From Catajapyx aquilonaris (taxonomy: Eukaryota): 64,000 bases of DNA. Made by a program: the position numbers and the translations under genes. The notes beneath the pieces were generated by a model. It saw nothing but the letters and a program-made list of their open reading frames with translations, did no database searches and was not told where the DNA came from. This document shows, in pieces, positions 49,448 through 61,900 of this stretch; position 1 is the first letter of the stretch; the number at the start of each line of letters is the position of its first letter. The DNA is taken from contig KZ538814.1 of the NCBI GenBank assembly GCA_000934665.2, forward strand, positions 1-64,000, given 5' to 3'.

Positions 49448-50826
49448 AAAATATTTTGATGTATTTTATGTTAGATATACGCCGCGCCGCCCTGCCACCC
49501 TTCTGTGACATCAGTACCCACAATAGGTCACTACCTCTGTACTATTGAGTTTCTTATGGCATGATTCACAAAATGTTGACGATTAAATTACACTTCCAGC
49601 AGTTTTATTAGGCACAAAGGGTGTCCCAATTATTGAGATGTCTGTTTCAGTTACAGATTTATTTGTACTAAGTACTTATAGGCCTACTGGTATTTCCAAC
49701 ATTTTCTTAGAGAAACTATAAAAATACTCGTAGGCTATAAGCTGATTTTTATTCAGTTGAAGAATTCATTTGGGCTCTGAAATGCAATGGATTTCAGGGC
49801 TTTAGAAATCTCAAGTAGGCCTAATGCAGATTGACCCACTGATCCGCGGTCAAAGGTTGAACATTTTTTTCTGCCCGACGGACATTTCCACATTTAAAAA
49901 ACTATGTTCCACATGATTTACAGCTGCTACTTTTTCGATAGGCATGAAAGCAACTGTTCGAAACTAACTACTTAATAATAAGTGCATAAGTGCAAAAAAT
50001 TTCAAACCTGCCGCTTTATGCATAATACAAATTTAATATACAATACTGATATTAGTATAGTTTATATATAGGCTACTGATTTTAATCAAATCTGTTAGTC
50101 AAATTGAGAGACTGTAAGTAGGCCTACGCAATAGCTTTGTATTCTGTATTGATTCATTAGGTTGCATATACTTCCAACCAACGCCAACTTTTTATAAATG
50201 ACATCAAGCGTGTATGTCAATAGTGCCGCGTAACCATAAACCTGAAGATTTATTTAATTTTAACAAATGTGTCACTTTCAGTTTATACGCTACAAATCCT
50301 AGAATTTGTAAGAGAGATTCCGTGCCTGTAAGATCCAGCAGGTTATAGTAATATTTTTACCACTTCTATTTGCCTTTCACCATTTGCAGGCTGCGATCAA
50401 TAGAGGTCTATATAGCAACTTTTTGAAAATGAAATATTTTTTCTTGCCAAAAAAAAGAAGTGATATATACGAATGGTGCCTGGACGACTTCCAGCAGTAA
50501 TCAGACTTGTCACGATTTCGCTAAACGTATAAAAAGAAACTGGAAGCTTATCACCACGGTTTATATTTTTTTTCCATCTCCATCCTCTTCTTGTAATAGT
50601 GCTCAGGGGACTAATTAATTAGGGAGTTGAGCATTCGGTGAGAAGCAAGACAATGAAGGAAGGGACGGCTCGTTTCAAAACTTTCACTGCTGGCAGCCTT
50701 GTAATCTCCTTAGCATACGGGCCATGAAAAGAAGAGGGCTAAGGGGTGGGTTGGTAGGGAGACGGGGAGGGGAAGTTGAACATTTGTCTGGTGCCAAGGA
50801 GAGTGTGGTGGTCCAACAGGACCAAC

Positions 50827-50870
50827 CAGGGTCGTAGCCAGGGGGTGGTTTAGGTGTTCAACCCCCCTCT
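50827..50870. mobile_element. hAT-like MITE left end
   Basis: CAGGGTCGTAGCCAGGGGGTGGTTTAGGTGTTCAACCCCCC; the partner end is uncertain because of the gap at ~51135. Confidence 0.4.
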
Positions 50871-52193
50871 CATACATGAAAAAAAAGTTTTCATAAATGT
50901 GCCAAAATGCATATTTTTTTTTATCCTTCTGATTCAGGGTGGGCGTCTCTGTATATAAAGTTCTATCTTGAAACCAATCGACTTTCATCACTGTTTCCTT
51001 CAGGTGCGTTATCGCAAATCTTGTTTCGCCACCATAGGGACAGCAAACGGCCTCAATTTAGTTAGCATCAGGATTCTCACACCTCTCCTGTCATTTTATG
51101 GGTGGTGGATAGGAAGAGAAATATCTTCTCCCCCNNNNNNNNNNNNNNNNNNNNNNNNNNNNNCCCCCCCCCCTCTATTCCTTTGCACCCTCTATGTTCT
51201 GTATAGTATCATGTCAAGGGTCGGACACGGTTCGGCCGGGACTTATGTGCTGGAAACGCAATCCCTTAGCCCCAGTTCAGTGCGCTTCGGTCAGCCGTTG
51301 GTTTCTGACCTTTCATATGCAAATCTGGCTCAGATGAAATTCTAAAGGAATGGAACTGCGGGATTAGCAGATGAAAATCCTTGTCGTTAGTCCTTCGGGG
51401 TCGTGCATCACTCCAAGGACTTGCTCTTGATCTGATGAATGCTAAGGACAGTTTACCAAGTTTGTCAGGTGAGGGTGTGAAAATGTCGACTGGTAAGAAT
51501 CGCAAATAATAAAAGAATAGCGGCACAAAAATGCGTCCGTGAGAAAGAAATTGGATAGAAAAGGGGCAAAAAAAACGATTAAGAAAACCTGATTCCACCG
51601 GCGCCAAATTAAAGATATCAAATAAAAGGGTTTTGCAAAACGTTGTGTTGGAATTATTTGTGACGTGATCGCTGCAATAATGTTCTTTTAATATATTCAG
51701 ATTACCATGAATTAACGTTCAGTAACCAATAAACTGTAAAAAAAAACATTTCTTGTAACATTCTTCTGTTGGTGCTTTCGTCTCTTGATACGAACGAAAA
51801 TAACCTGGAAAAGATTCAGATAAAATGCAATTTTGTGTCAGAGCACAATATGTAGAGGACAGATATGAAATTAACTTGTTAGTAGAATAATGATATACCG
51901 GTAAGCTTAAAAGTGCTATACTGCGTATAGGCCTCTCTGATTGCCATGTCGGGCGTACTTGACAGTTCTGACTGTGAGGCTGAAGAATAAAGAGGTGGCA
52001 CACAGCATGATTGTTATATGACTGTATACTGACAACCGACTGCCCAGATAGATATTACTATGCATTTAAGATACCCAGTCATATATCGTACAGGATGGTA
52101 CAAAATTAGCACATTTCCCATAGAGGACGGAATTGTAAGAATAAACAGACAGCCGCCGGAAAGTATAAAATTTTCGGGCTTGGTATTTTAATA

Positions 52194-52285
52194 CAGGGTG
52201 TTCCAAATATCCGGGTCACTTTTGGATAACTGTTATCACCCGATAGCAGTTATCCAAAAGTGATCAGGATATTTGGATCACCCTG
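52194..52285. mobile_element. 92-bp hairpin derivative of the 28666-29412 MITE
   Basis: TA-CAGGGTGTTCCAAATATCCGGGTCACTTTTGGATAACTG..CAGTTATCCAAAAGTGATCAGGATATTTGGATCACCCTG-TA. Confidence 0.9.
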
Positions 52286-52784
52286 TATATAGCTGATAAC
52301 CTTGATCTGCTTTTAAATAATTCCCCAATGCACACTTATACTGTGTTGAAGATTTCCTGTAACTATAATGAAGAGAATGATTGGAGGTGGTCACAGAAAG
52401 GCCTTTGAGTAGGGTCGCAAGTTATCAGGGGATTGACTCCTCGTCTCATTAGACCTAACAAGGTGCAGACGGCGTAGTGCAAGCAGAGAAACCCCTCAGG
52501 TGTGATTCGTTGGCTGCAGCATGCTGGCAATCCCTCAATCTTTAGGACGGGAAAGATGATGAGCTCTCATGGACAGTATCGTAGCCTCTTCTACATTGGC
52601 AAACTTTTATACAAGTTTGCCCGGGAAGTAATTACTGAAAGCTCGTGGAGAATTTTGATTACTTTTCGAGGCATTCTTCATATCCCCCTTCTCATTCTGA
52701 TATAAAGAAGCGCTTAGGTTTGCATCTCCAGTGTTCCAGAACCGTATATTGAAAGGAGCTTTAGGTTCAGTGTCTTGTGTTTAG

Positions 52785-52788
<4 letters not shown>

Positions 52789-52836
<48 letters not shown>

Positions 52837-52868
52837 GTTATTATTATTATTATTGTTATTATTATTAT
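52789..52868. repeat. (ATT)n microsatellite
   Basis: Direct reading. Confidence 0.95.
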
Positions 52869-55021
52869 AAATACCCATTAATATTTATCAATATTGGTTC
52901 TCTTGGGGGTTTATTCGATAGGAAAATATTATATTGTTGTGGAACTTATTTATCAGGTGTAGTAGTGTGTGAATAATTTGTTGCATGTGTTGGAATCAGC
53001 AGTGTGTTACGAGAAAATTTACGCGACATATCAATTATTTTTCCACTTGGCATCCTTCACCCTATCTGGATGTCGAGTTCGGAACTGCGATAGTGGAAAA
53101 TTCCAATTAGGCCTCGAAGTCAGCTATATTTGACTTACCTTCACATGCCCATATTATAATAGGCCTACAGGATCTACAAAGGGCCACAGCAGCCCCGGAA
53201 CTTGTTAGTAAACTATATTATGATATAACCATGGTTGGCTCAGCAGAGCTGTAAATGTCAGATGTCATACTAGTAGAATTGTGGGTTGTTTTGTACCATA
53301 CAGTTTCCTCGCAATAATACGGTGTGAGACAAGCGGAAAAGATGATTTTTTTGGTTTCTTCCCTAGAGAATTTCCACCTTCGCACTTCGAGCTTTGATGG
53401 GCTTCAGATCCGTTCAGGTTGTTGAGGAAACGACTTATTCTGCTGCGTAGTTCTAATGTCAGCTTTTCCTAATTGCCTCTTTTTGAAAGAACACACAAAA
53501 AAAACCATAAGGCAAGCTCCTGACAGTTGGAAGACTCACGTTAACCTTAAATAATGTGGATAACTTTTTCTTGCGTCTATAACATGCAATAGATTGTACC
53601 GCATAAGGGTAATTTTTATTAAGCATTACTTTTAACTGCTGGATTTTACGAGCAGAATGGTGTTACAGAGGCTTGACTTTAACTTCTGCAGGCCTGAGTT
53701 CGATCCCTGGGTCGGGAGGAAAGTTCTTTTGTGAGGAAAGTGCTTATGTGGGTACATTACCAAATGCTTCAATACATACGGTATATTTTCTTTCATTCTA
53801 AATATTTACGTATACAGTATAAGGAAACGTACAGTACAATAAATTGTATACATCATTTTAATATTTATATCGTGTCGTTTTTTGTTAACCAACTCTGCAT
53901 ATGACTCCCAAGTGAGATTCAACAGGTAAAGTAAAGGTTTCGAAAAATACTTTCGAGCAAGTACACCATGGCAGCATGCCGAATTAATCGCCAATAACTC
54001 CTTCCAAATTGGGCGATTCCCTTCTGTTAATGTGTAATAAAATATGTTAGTGCTAGAAAGATTAGCCAGATGCGAAAAAGAAGAACACAAGCAAAAAAAA
54101 AAATGGTATAAGGCACACAGAAGGGTTCATCTTCATTCCACTTGATTAAAATATAAGCATATTCTGCATTGTTTTGCCATTTGCATAGGAAATATTAATG
54201 TCTTGGTGCGCCAAAGAAGAGATGGGAAGGACAAATAGGAGAAGTAATCAGTTGAAATGCTAAGCAGACATCCTGCAAGCAGAGTCTTGGGACTTGCTGA
54301 GACTAGACCGTGAAGGAAATTCCACTTGGGAGTCTGCAAGTCGGCAATTTGAATTCGAAATTCTGCACATTCACTAGGCACAAGCCTCGTTCGTCCGGAA
54401 GCCATAGCCCTAATGTGCACTCTCTACGCTTTCGTCACTTTTCCGCCGCATAAAGAGGCTAACTAATTTGGAATATAAAATACTTATATCCGAGTTACAC
54501 AACTATAGTACTATAAGTTGCTCAAGAGTCAACTAGAAAGTTTATTGATGAGTTGATAATTTTATCATCCGGTAGCAGTGGGCATTAAAACGTAGAGAGT
54601 CTATTACACTTCGGACTGCTTCTGTCGAGGAGCACTTTGCTACTAATAGGCCTTATTTAAGTGATAAAATAAGATGCGTAGTGTCGTACTTACATTATTG
54701 AGACTATTGATGCCACATACAACTTGCAGAATACTTTCATTTTAGTGGAATAAACCTAAAGCGGTAAGTTCCGATTTAATATTTTGTGCTCTTATATTAT
54801 ACAGTGTTTTGCGCTGACTCGCCTTACAAGCCTACAGCAAAGATACAGTACCAGTTGTTTGCAGTATTAAACTTTTGCATGAGTAATAATGGCCAGGAAT
54901 AGTGGGTGTGGTATAAAATTTGCCAGTAAATTCCGGAGTGCACTGGGGATAAAATGCAGAATAACTGAAAAACAGGCATATTTTTTGCTATTGAATATGT
55001 CGATGAAGTTGTATTAATATA

Positions 55022-55401
55022 CAGGGCAGTTGTATGAAAGAAGTCACTTCATCTTATATTTAGGCTTATTGCGAATTTTTAAGGTAGAATTACCCTTGTT
55101 GATTTTGGAGTTTCGGCTTTATTACTGTAAGAATAGCTCCTTAATTTTTGAATAATTGCTTTAACGCACTGGTGATATGGTTCATCCTGCACGCCAGCGG
55201 ACCCGTGCAGCAGGGTTGTTTGGCGGGTCGCCTGACAGGCTGGATGAACCCTATCATCAACGTGTTAAGAAGACTCAATTTAAGAATCTATTATCTATGT
55301 AATGAAGCCGAACCCTCCAAAATCAACTAGGGTAACTTTTCCTTAGAAATTAGCAAGAAGTCTAAATCCGGGAGCTACTGCGCACATTTCCCACCACCCT
55401 G
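55022..55401. mobile_element. Old Tc1/mariner MITE
   Basis: TA-CAGGG ... CCACCCTG; inner arms TTACCCTTGTTGATTTTGGAGTTTCGGCTT and AAGCCGAACCCTCCAAAATCAACTAGGGTAA. Confidence 0.7.
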
Positions 55402-58400
55402 TTTATAGCATGGTTTTACCTTGCCTACAAAATACGTATCGTATAGTTCAATTTAGATGATAATGAGGGTCAAGGTAGGAACCAAGTAAGGTGGAGGTAA
55501 ATTATGTGAAAATAAATTTGTGGCGATCATCTGCACAGTACATACTGTGAGTTTATAGGCTATATGTTTCCTCTTATGTAAAATATTCATCAGATCCTGG
55601 TACAGTATTTGTTTTACTTGCACACCAGCTGCCGCAGTATGAATGGCATGTCATTGTCGCCTCAGCACATGTAACCATTTGTATTTTTACACTGTGATTC
55701 GCATGATGCTATTATACACCTGTCTCAAGGACCCATATAGTCATCTACTCTCATATACCTGTGCAACGTATTCTGGACAGCTCTGTAAAACGCTGTAACC
55801 ACAAACACTTGACTGTGACGAAATTCACACGATTTCTCTCCCTGAAACATAGTTGCAAAATAGAGGCATAAATGAAGCTTTCCTGGCATGTTTATTACCG
55901 TCTGCTACACTCTGACCATAATAATAAGACAAAATTATAGAGTAAAGTGCCTTAGCGACCTTCGTCCATTTCCCTCAGTATAAGTGCACTAATTAGGTGC
56001 GTTGACTGGCTGCATTTTGAATCAGCCAAACTGTAATAATGATCGTTGTCGGAAAACTCGCATGAGAAGTTAATTGCCGGAAATGACACTAGAGCATTAA
56101 ATGGCTCCACCAGTTATCGGAAGGTGTCTGTGTAGAGAATCAGTATTCTATACTTAATGAGTTAATAGGTTCCACTTATTCAAACTTGAACGTATCTGGA
56201 AAGTGCGAGAGCCATTATAGCTGCTACTTGATCCAATTTACGTCAATATTGAGGTACACTGAATTCCTAACGATTCTGATCCCTCAAAGGAAAAGATTTT
56301 CCTCGACAACAAGAAGCCTGAAAAGTTGGAATAGTATGCTGGTTTCTCCCAAGGTTTGTGAAATCATCAATCACAGAAATTATCAGCAAATCACATTATT
56401 TCTGAACCCATAGTATAGAAGCTCGTCTCGATTTTTTTTGGCACATACACCGCACACCCTCAACTTTATTTTAACTTCTATTATTGAGTAAGACACTGGC
56501 TAGCCCCAACCATTCACGTATTCCGTACGCAATGCGCAGACAGAGCTGCCTTGGTCAGGCTCATTTTACAAGAGACAAAGCTGGCTGCTGAGGCTGTAAT
56601 TGGATCAAGTGTTCTCAGCATGACCCCCATGAATTAAGTGCCCATAATAGTGTGATGCCCTTCCATGAACAGAAGTTCCAGAGATGTTGGTGCACTACTT
56701 TTTTTTGGACTATTTTATATTTGAAGGTAGAGAAGGTTGAGAGAGTTAGATCCTCCTCCTCCTCCTCCCCCCTTTTCCTCCCCCTTTCCAAGCGTTTTCC
56801 TCCCCAAAACCCAATCTCCTCGAGCCAGGCAGACTTTCTACGAAGGATATTGAGCGTAGACGAAGAGAGTTGGGGGAAGGTGGCGGGGGAGGGAAGGGAG
56901 GGACCCAAATGCGGTTGCGTAACGCCCGCAGCTTCTTGTTTTCGAGTCTGCCTTTGCCCACTAGGCCCAGCACAAGTCTGAAACCCGGTGTGAGCCAGTG
57001 TATCGTGAATTTTGAAAATCCCGCGCTTTTTTTTTCATCCTATTGCATGGTGCCATTCCCTATTTTTTGGCGCTATATCGAAATGTAGAGTAGGTCAGCA
57101 CCGTACATTCTTATACACCCATGGTGACCATAGTACCTTCAGTGGGGGGTGCTCCGGATGGTTCAAAATGGGGCCAATCTTGCATGTAAAATTCGTGTCT
57201 ACATTTCTTTTCTCTCTTTTTTTGATTTCGAGGCCTACCCAAAGTCTCGGGCCTACGTCCCTAGAAAATATAGGGCACGCCGGTATTGGTTTCTGCGCTG
57301 CAGATCAATACGGAGCGGCGGCGAGCTGAGCTCCACAGTCGGCCGCCCCCAGTGCGATTGTCTGGAGTTGGTTGGCCCCGTCTGAAGGTCGGCTCTGGGG
57401 GGGTGTATATACACATTTTTTTCTCTCTCTCCTACTATTCTGACTGGCGGAGAGAGGTCACTTTGCATATTTTTGCCCGCAAATTTCAATTCATATTTGG
57501 GGCCGCACACGGTTTTTTGGGTTGCGCACCATCCCCTGGAATGTGAGCAGTGGCATAGCAGGTAGGGTCGTGTTGGGACTGGTGGACAAGGCATCGTTTT
57601 GTATGATATCAGGTGATGGAATGTGGTAGAAGAGTGTGGTGGTTCGACCGAGTGACTTTTCTGGTAGATGTGGATTGGTAATATTGGAAAGGCGGGAAAA
57701 AAAAGTGCGATACGGTTCATTTGCATAATATATATCGTGTTGGTATAATAAGGAGTGCGGCGTGGTCCAGTTGCGTTGCTTCATATTTTTTCATATGATG
57801 ATCCGTGCGTGGGATGACGGTAGTGGTAACATTGTAGGGAATCGACTCGGAGTGGACAATTTTCTGTTGTTTCTAGGGAAGCTGATTACGTAACTTGGAG
57901 GTTTACTCCGATGTGCCTCTTGTAAACAATAGTACTTGTTACTAATGAGAAAGTTTTACGCTGCAATTACACCTCGTTGTAACTTAGTAAACTAATGATA
58001 TCCATGTGTCATTGCAGCCAGATTTCTCATTTTGTATTAAAATATGAATACGTATATTAATATTATAATGCCGCGCCTTATTTCGAACGATTTACGTTTA
58101 CATTCACGTTTTTGTGCCATTGGCCTCTTATTACAAATTGTCTGGGCATTCAATGTAAATCGATATCCATGTCTAAGAGTCTATCCTTGGGGCTAGTCAG
58201 CATGCGCATATTTCTTGCCATACATAAGCAATGTGCGTTATAGTCTAACTAACGTCACATTATCCCGCAATTTATTTAGTCAATAATATATATTATCAAC
58301 ATTTGTTCTTTTTTTACAGAACGAAGTTTCTGAGAGCTGGTACCATTCCTGCCTGTCTTCCTCGGTAAGTACCATTCTCGACCTTCCAGCCCGTCACACC

Positions 58401-58674
58401 CACACGAAATGTTATACCTTTCGAAATGGTAGTAAGCACCATTCTCACACTGACTTGTTTGCATTGGGCCGGTTATACTCATTTTATCTGGCTGCGCAAA
58501 CACGAGCGTCGTTTGAGTGCTGCACGAGGCACGCGTGAAAAGAAAAGTGTTCAATTCAGCTCGTTATTCGCGCCGTGTCTAGAAGCAATGTAGATGTCTC
58601 CAATTGCTCGCCCGCGTGCCCAGTGGCACGGAAATAATTTGTCTGCATTTGCTTCTAATGGACTCCTATGGTTC

Positions 58675-58913
58675 GGTCGAAGTGTGTTCGGTCGAACCGT
58701 ATCGTAATAATTGGGCAATGTCTACAGCTAGGGTCCAAGCCGCCCCTGGGCCTCTAGTACAGAGCTATCGAATTCTGGCTCCCCCTGGTTGCAGGGCCTT
58801 CAAGCCACATTCAGGGGCCGTTTGCCCCTCCTCTGAACGTGCATCACCTCCAGACGACAGTTTCGATCCGGTTTCTCGACCTGCACCGAATTTCGACCGA
58901 ACACACTTCGACC
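58675..58913. mobile_element. MITE-like inverted repeat with GGTCGAA subrepeats
   Basis: GGTCGAAGTGTGTTCGGTCGAA pairs with TTCGACCGAACACACTTCGACC (22 bp, perfect). Confidence 0.65.
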
Positions 58914-61900
58914 TGGAAATTCTCCACCCCCCTCCTTTTCCCACCCATCCTCAAATCTTCTAGCTAGGCTTATGTAGCGAATGTCGACTCGAGACGTAAG
59001 CCAGTTGTGTTTTCATCGCCAAATTTCTCCTCGATAGGTGTTTCATAGCCATCATTCCAGAGGGGAAAGCCCAGAGCTCATTAAACTAGCTCCTTTGGCA
59101 GCGCTCTTCTGTGGGAACAGTTGAAACTTGGGGGGGGGAAAGGGGGGAGGGGGATACATCACATTATACGAGTACTTGACTCCAATGAGGGAAAAACAGG
59201 GTATGGGGTGGGTTCTGTTTTGGAGGACTCTTATGGCCGGAGACTAATTTTCGGCTGGGTTCCTTGGAGCGAAACTTGAAGTGCCATCCGAATCGGCGGC
59301 GACAGGATGGCCATTAGGTATCCTGTCCATCCGACTGGACGGAGGCCAAATTTTCTTTTATGTTTGTTTCTTCCTCTTCCTTATGCCCATTTTCACTGGG
59401 GATGCGGATGGGGCTTTTTGTTGAGGAGGAAAGGGTTATGGAGGATACTCTGTCATTTTTGTTTCGACGACAAAAAAAAAGAGTGAAGAATGACCTGTGG
59501 ATTACAGAACGCTAGAATGGGCTGAACATTTTCATTTGCTGTTATTATATGCTGAGAAAATGTCGATTAAAATTTAATTATTCTACCATCTCCTGTGCAG
59601 TGTAGAAATGTGGTTTAATAATTACATAAATGTGAAATAATAGGTGGAGCGTCCTGCTTTTTTGTTGCATACAAGGCGGAGTATCGCTATTATAATAGCG
59701 ATATTATGTACAGTACATTCTGAAGAGCGTATAGGGCCATGCCTGGTCCGGTCTCCAGACAAGGTTAGCCGGACAGGTAATAAGACTGGTTTTCTACGGG
59801 TGAGTTTCAACTATATGGGCAGACCGACGCGACGTTCGGTTTTTTCCGTCAGCCAAGCGATGTTATTTCAGTCGAACAACCTCAAGTAAGACTATAGTAT
59901 GAAAAATGTTACAAGCTTCTGGCATCGGTAATAGAACCCAGGCCCTATGCTATAAGAGAGGTTTGTTACTACGCCATTCTTCAACTAACAATCGTATATT
60001 CACATCAGTATGATTGAAAAACGACATTATACAAACATACCATACTTAATCCAATAGCAACTTTAGCACTATTATTATATTAGAGAACCTTTAAAAATAG
60101 GTCCACTTATTGAATTATGTGAGCCAGCAGTGTCAGCCCTCTGACATTCAAATTGAGCAATATTTCTTAGCCTGAAAGGAAGGCCCATAAGCCCATGGGG
60201 GAAGTCATCTATAGTCCCCGTCAGTTTGGAGATCGAACCCTCGGCTGGTGAGTTAGTATGCGAGAACCCAAGACCCTGTGCCCCACCTGTCCAGAATAAA
60301 TTCGATTTCATTTGAAAATGGAGAGTTGTCGAGTCCAACTGAATTGTCTGTGCCTGATTGTATGATCGAGTAAAAGAAGAGAGGAGTACGTCTTGGTTTA
60401 GTGCTGCCAAGACTTTTGTTTTCATTAGACTGATTCCTGTGCGATGACTTTTACAACCGTGATTTACGGCCCAGCATTTGGGGGGGATGGGCCGCAACCC
60501 CCCCCCCCCCCTTCCACCTCCCCTCCGACATCTTTCGCTAGAATCGCACTCTCTGCTTGTGTTTTACGAGGTTGACACTTAGCTGAGAGTGTCCGCGACT
60601 CTCATCCAAAGTACTTTTTAGTACTGCCTTCACCTTAAGTTCAATTCAATCATGTAGAAATATCCAGCAATCTAATGTACAGAGTGTGATCATATGTGCA
60701 CTCTTTCTCACACGTATGACGTAAGCAATTCCGTACTGCACGTGCCACATTTCGATTGCGCATATCAGTCAAGCGTAGTTATTTATTATTGTAGCTCCCG
60801 TGTCCCTCATTCCCTACACTCTCCCTTTCAATGCTAAAATCCAGCATATGAGTCATGTTTTATTTATGTAGTTATCTCGCCCCGTGATTACGTCGTTTGC
60901 CCCCTTGAACCAATACACAATGCAACAAGATACGGTACACCTGCTAGTTGAATTTTTAGGCTACGCCATGTCTGTTGATAGGCTCGTAAAAAAAAAAACT
61001 CCGGAGAAAGCGAAATGAAAATGCCTAGGCCCAGAAAGCACACAAGGTCGGCGACATCGAGGTCCCCTCGATTTTTCCCCTTGTAGACAGCAGGGGCAGA
61101 CATGACGCCGTCTGGCTTGGGAGGTCAGATGTGCGTCGGTCCCGAGAATGCACTCCCAGCTTCTTCGTATTCTTTTCTTGGGTGGTGGGTGTTTCCTTCA
61201 TCCCCTAGTTGGTGGTGGTGTTCCCCCGCACCCATCCAACCACCCGCAAAGTGGCCTCCAGACGGGGGTACAGACACGGCTGGACCCAACTCTTTATGGT
61301 TCGGGTGTAGTATTGTGTCAGGTAACACACTGCGCTTTCTCGTATGGAAACCTAGCTATTAGGCCAATTACGGTGTGCGACGTGAGGGGGGGGGGGGAGG
61401 CCGTCTTTATTCCCAGCAATTATTGTAGAGCAGTAAAAGACCGCGGCTGTGAATTTTTATGGGCGTAATCAAACGAATTTTTGTGGTCTTGGAACGCCAG
61501 CTATCTGTATACGCGCGTGTACTGGTACAAATGGACATCCATCCTGGTGGAAGGTCTGTCGGCGTAGCAACACATCGATCCACGTTTTTTTTTTTTTTTG
61601 TATGTGTCAGGGGTGGGGAGAGTGGGAAGGTAGGAGGGAGGGGCACAGGACATTTGATTTAGGTCGAGTGTAGGATGCGAGATCGTTTTAAGGCTATATG
61701 TGCGTCGGGAAATACAGATCCAATTAGCTACCGTGCAGTCGTAAACGTGGTCTGTGTGCAAGGGATTTCCCCTTGTCGTTTGTGCTTGTCATGAAGTCAT
61801 CAAGTTGGCTTTTGTTCTTCCAGCTGGGTTCATTATTGTGCCTGCTCAAAAGTCAATGTCCACTTTTCTTTGGTGGACAATGAAACATGTAGGGGGTTGA

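Noticed and set aside
53645..53720. tRNA-like B box GAGTTCGATCCC (also SINE heads at 6090, 10880, 30397, 35460)
   Set aside because: No complete cloverleaf; these are SINE heads or decayed remnants, not tRNA genes.
55083..55342. Separate TTAA-flanked Kolobok MITE
   Set aside because: Complementarity extends beyond the TTAA out to CAGGG/CCCTG termini, so it is the interior of the 55022-55401 element.
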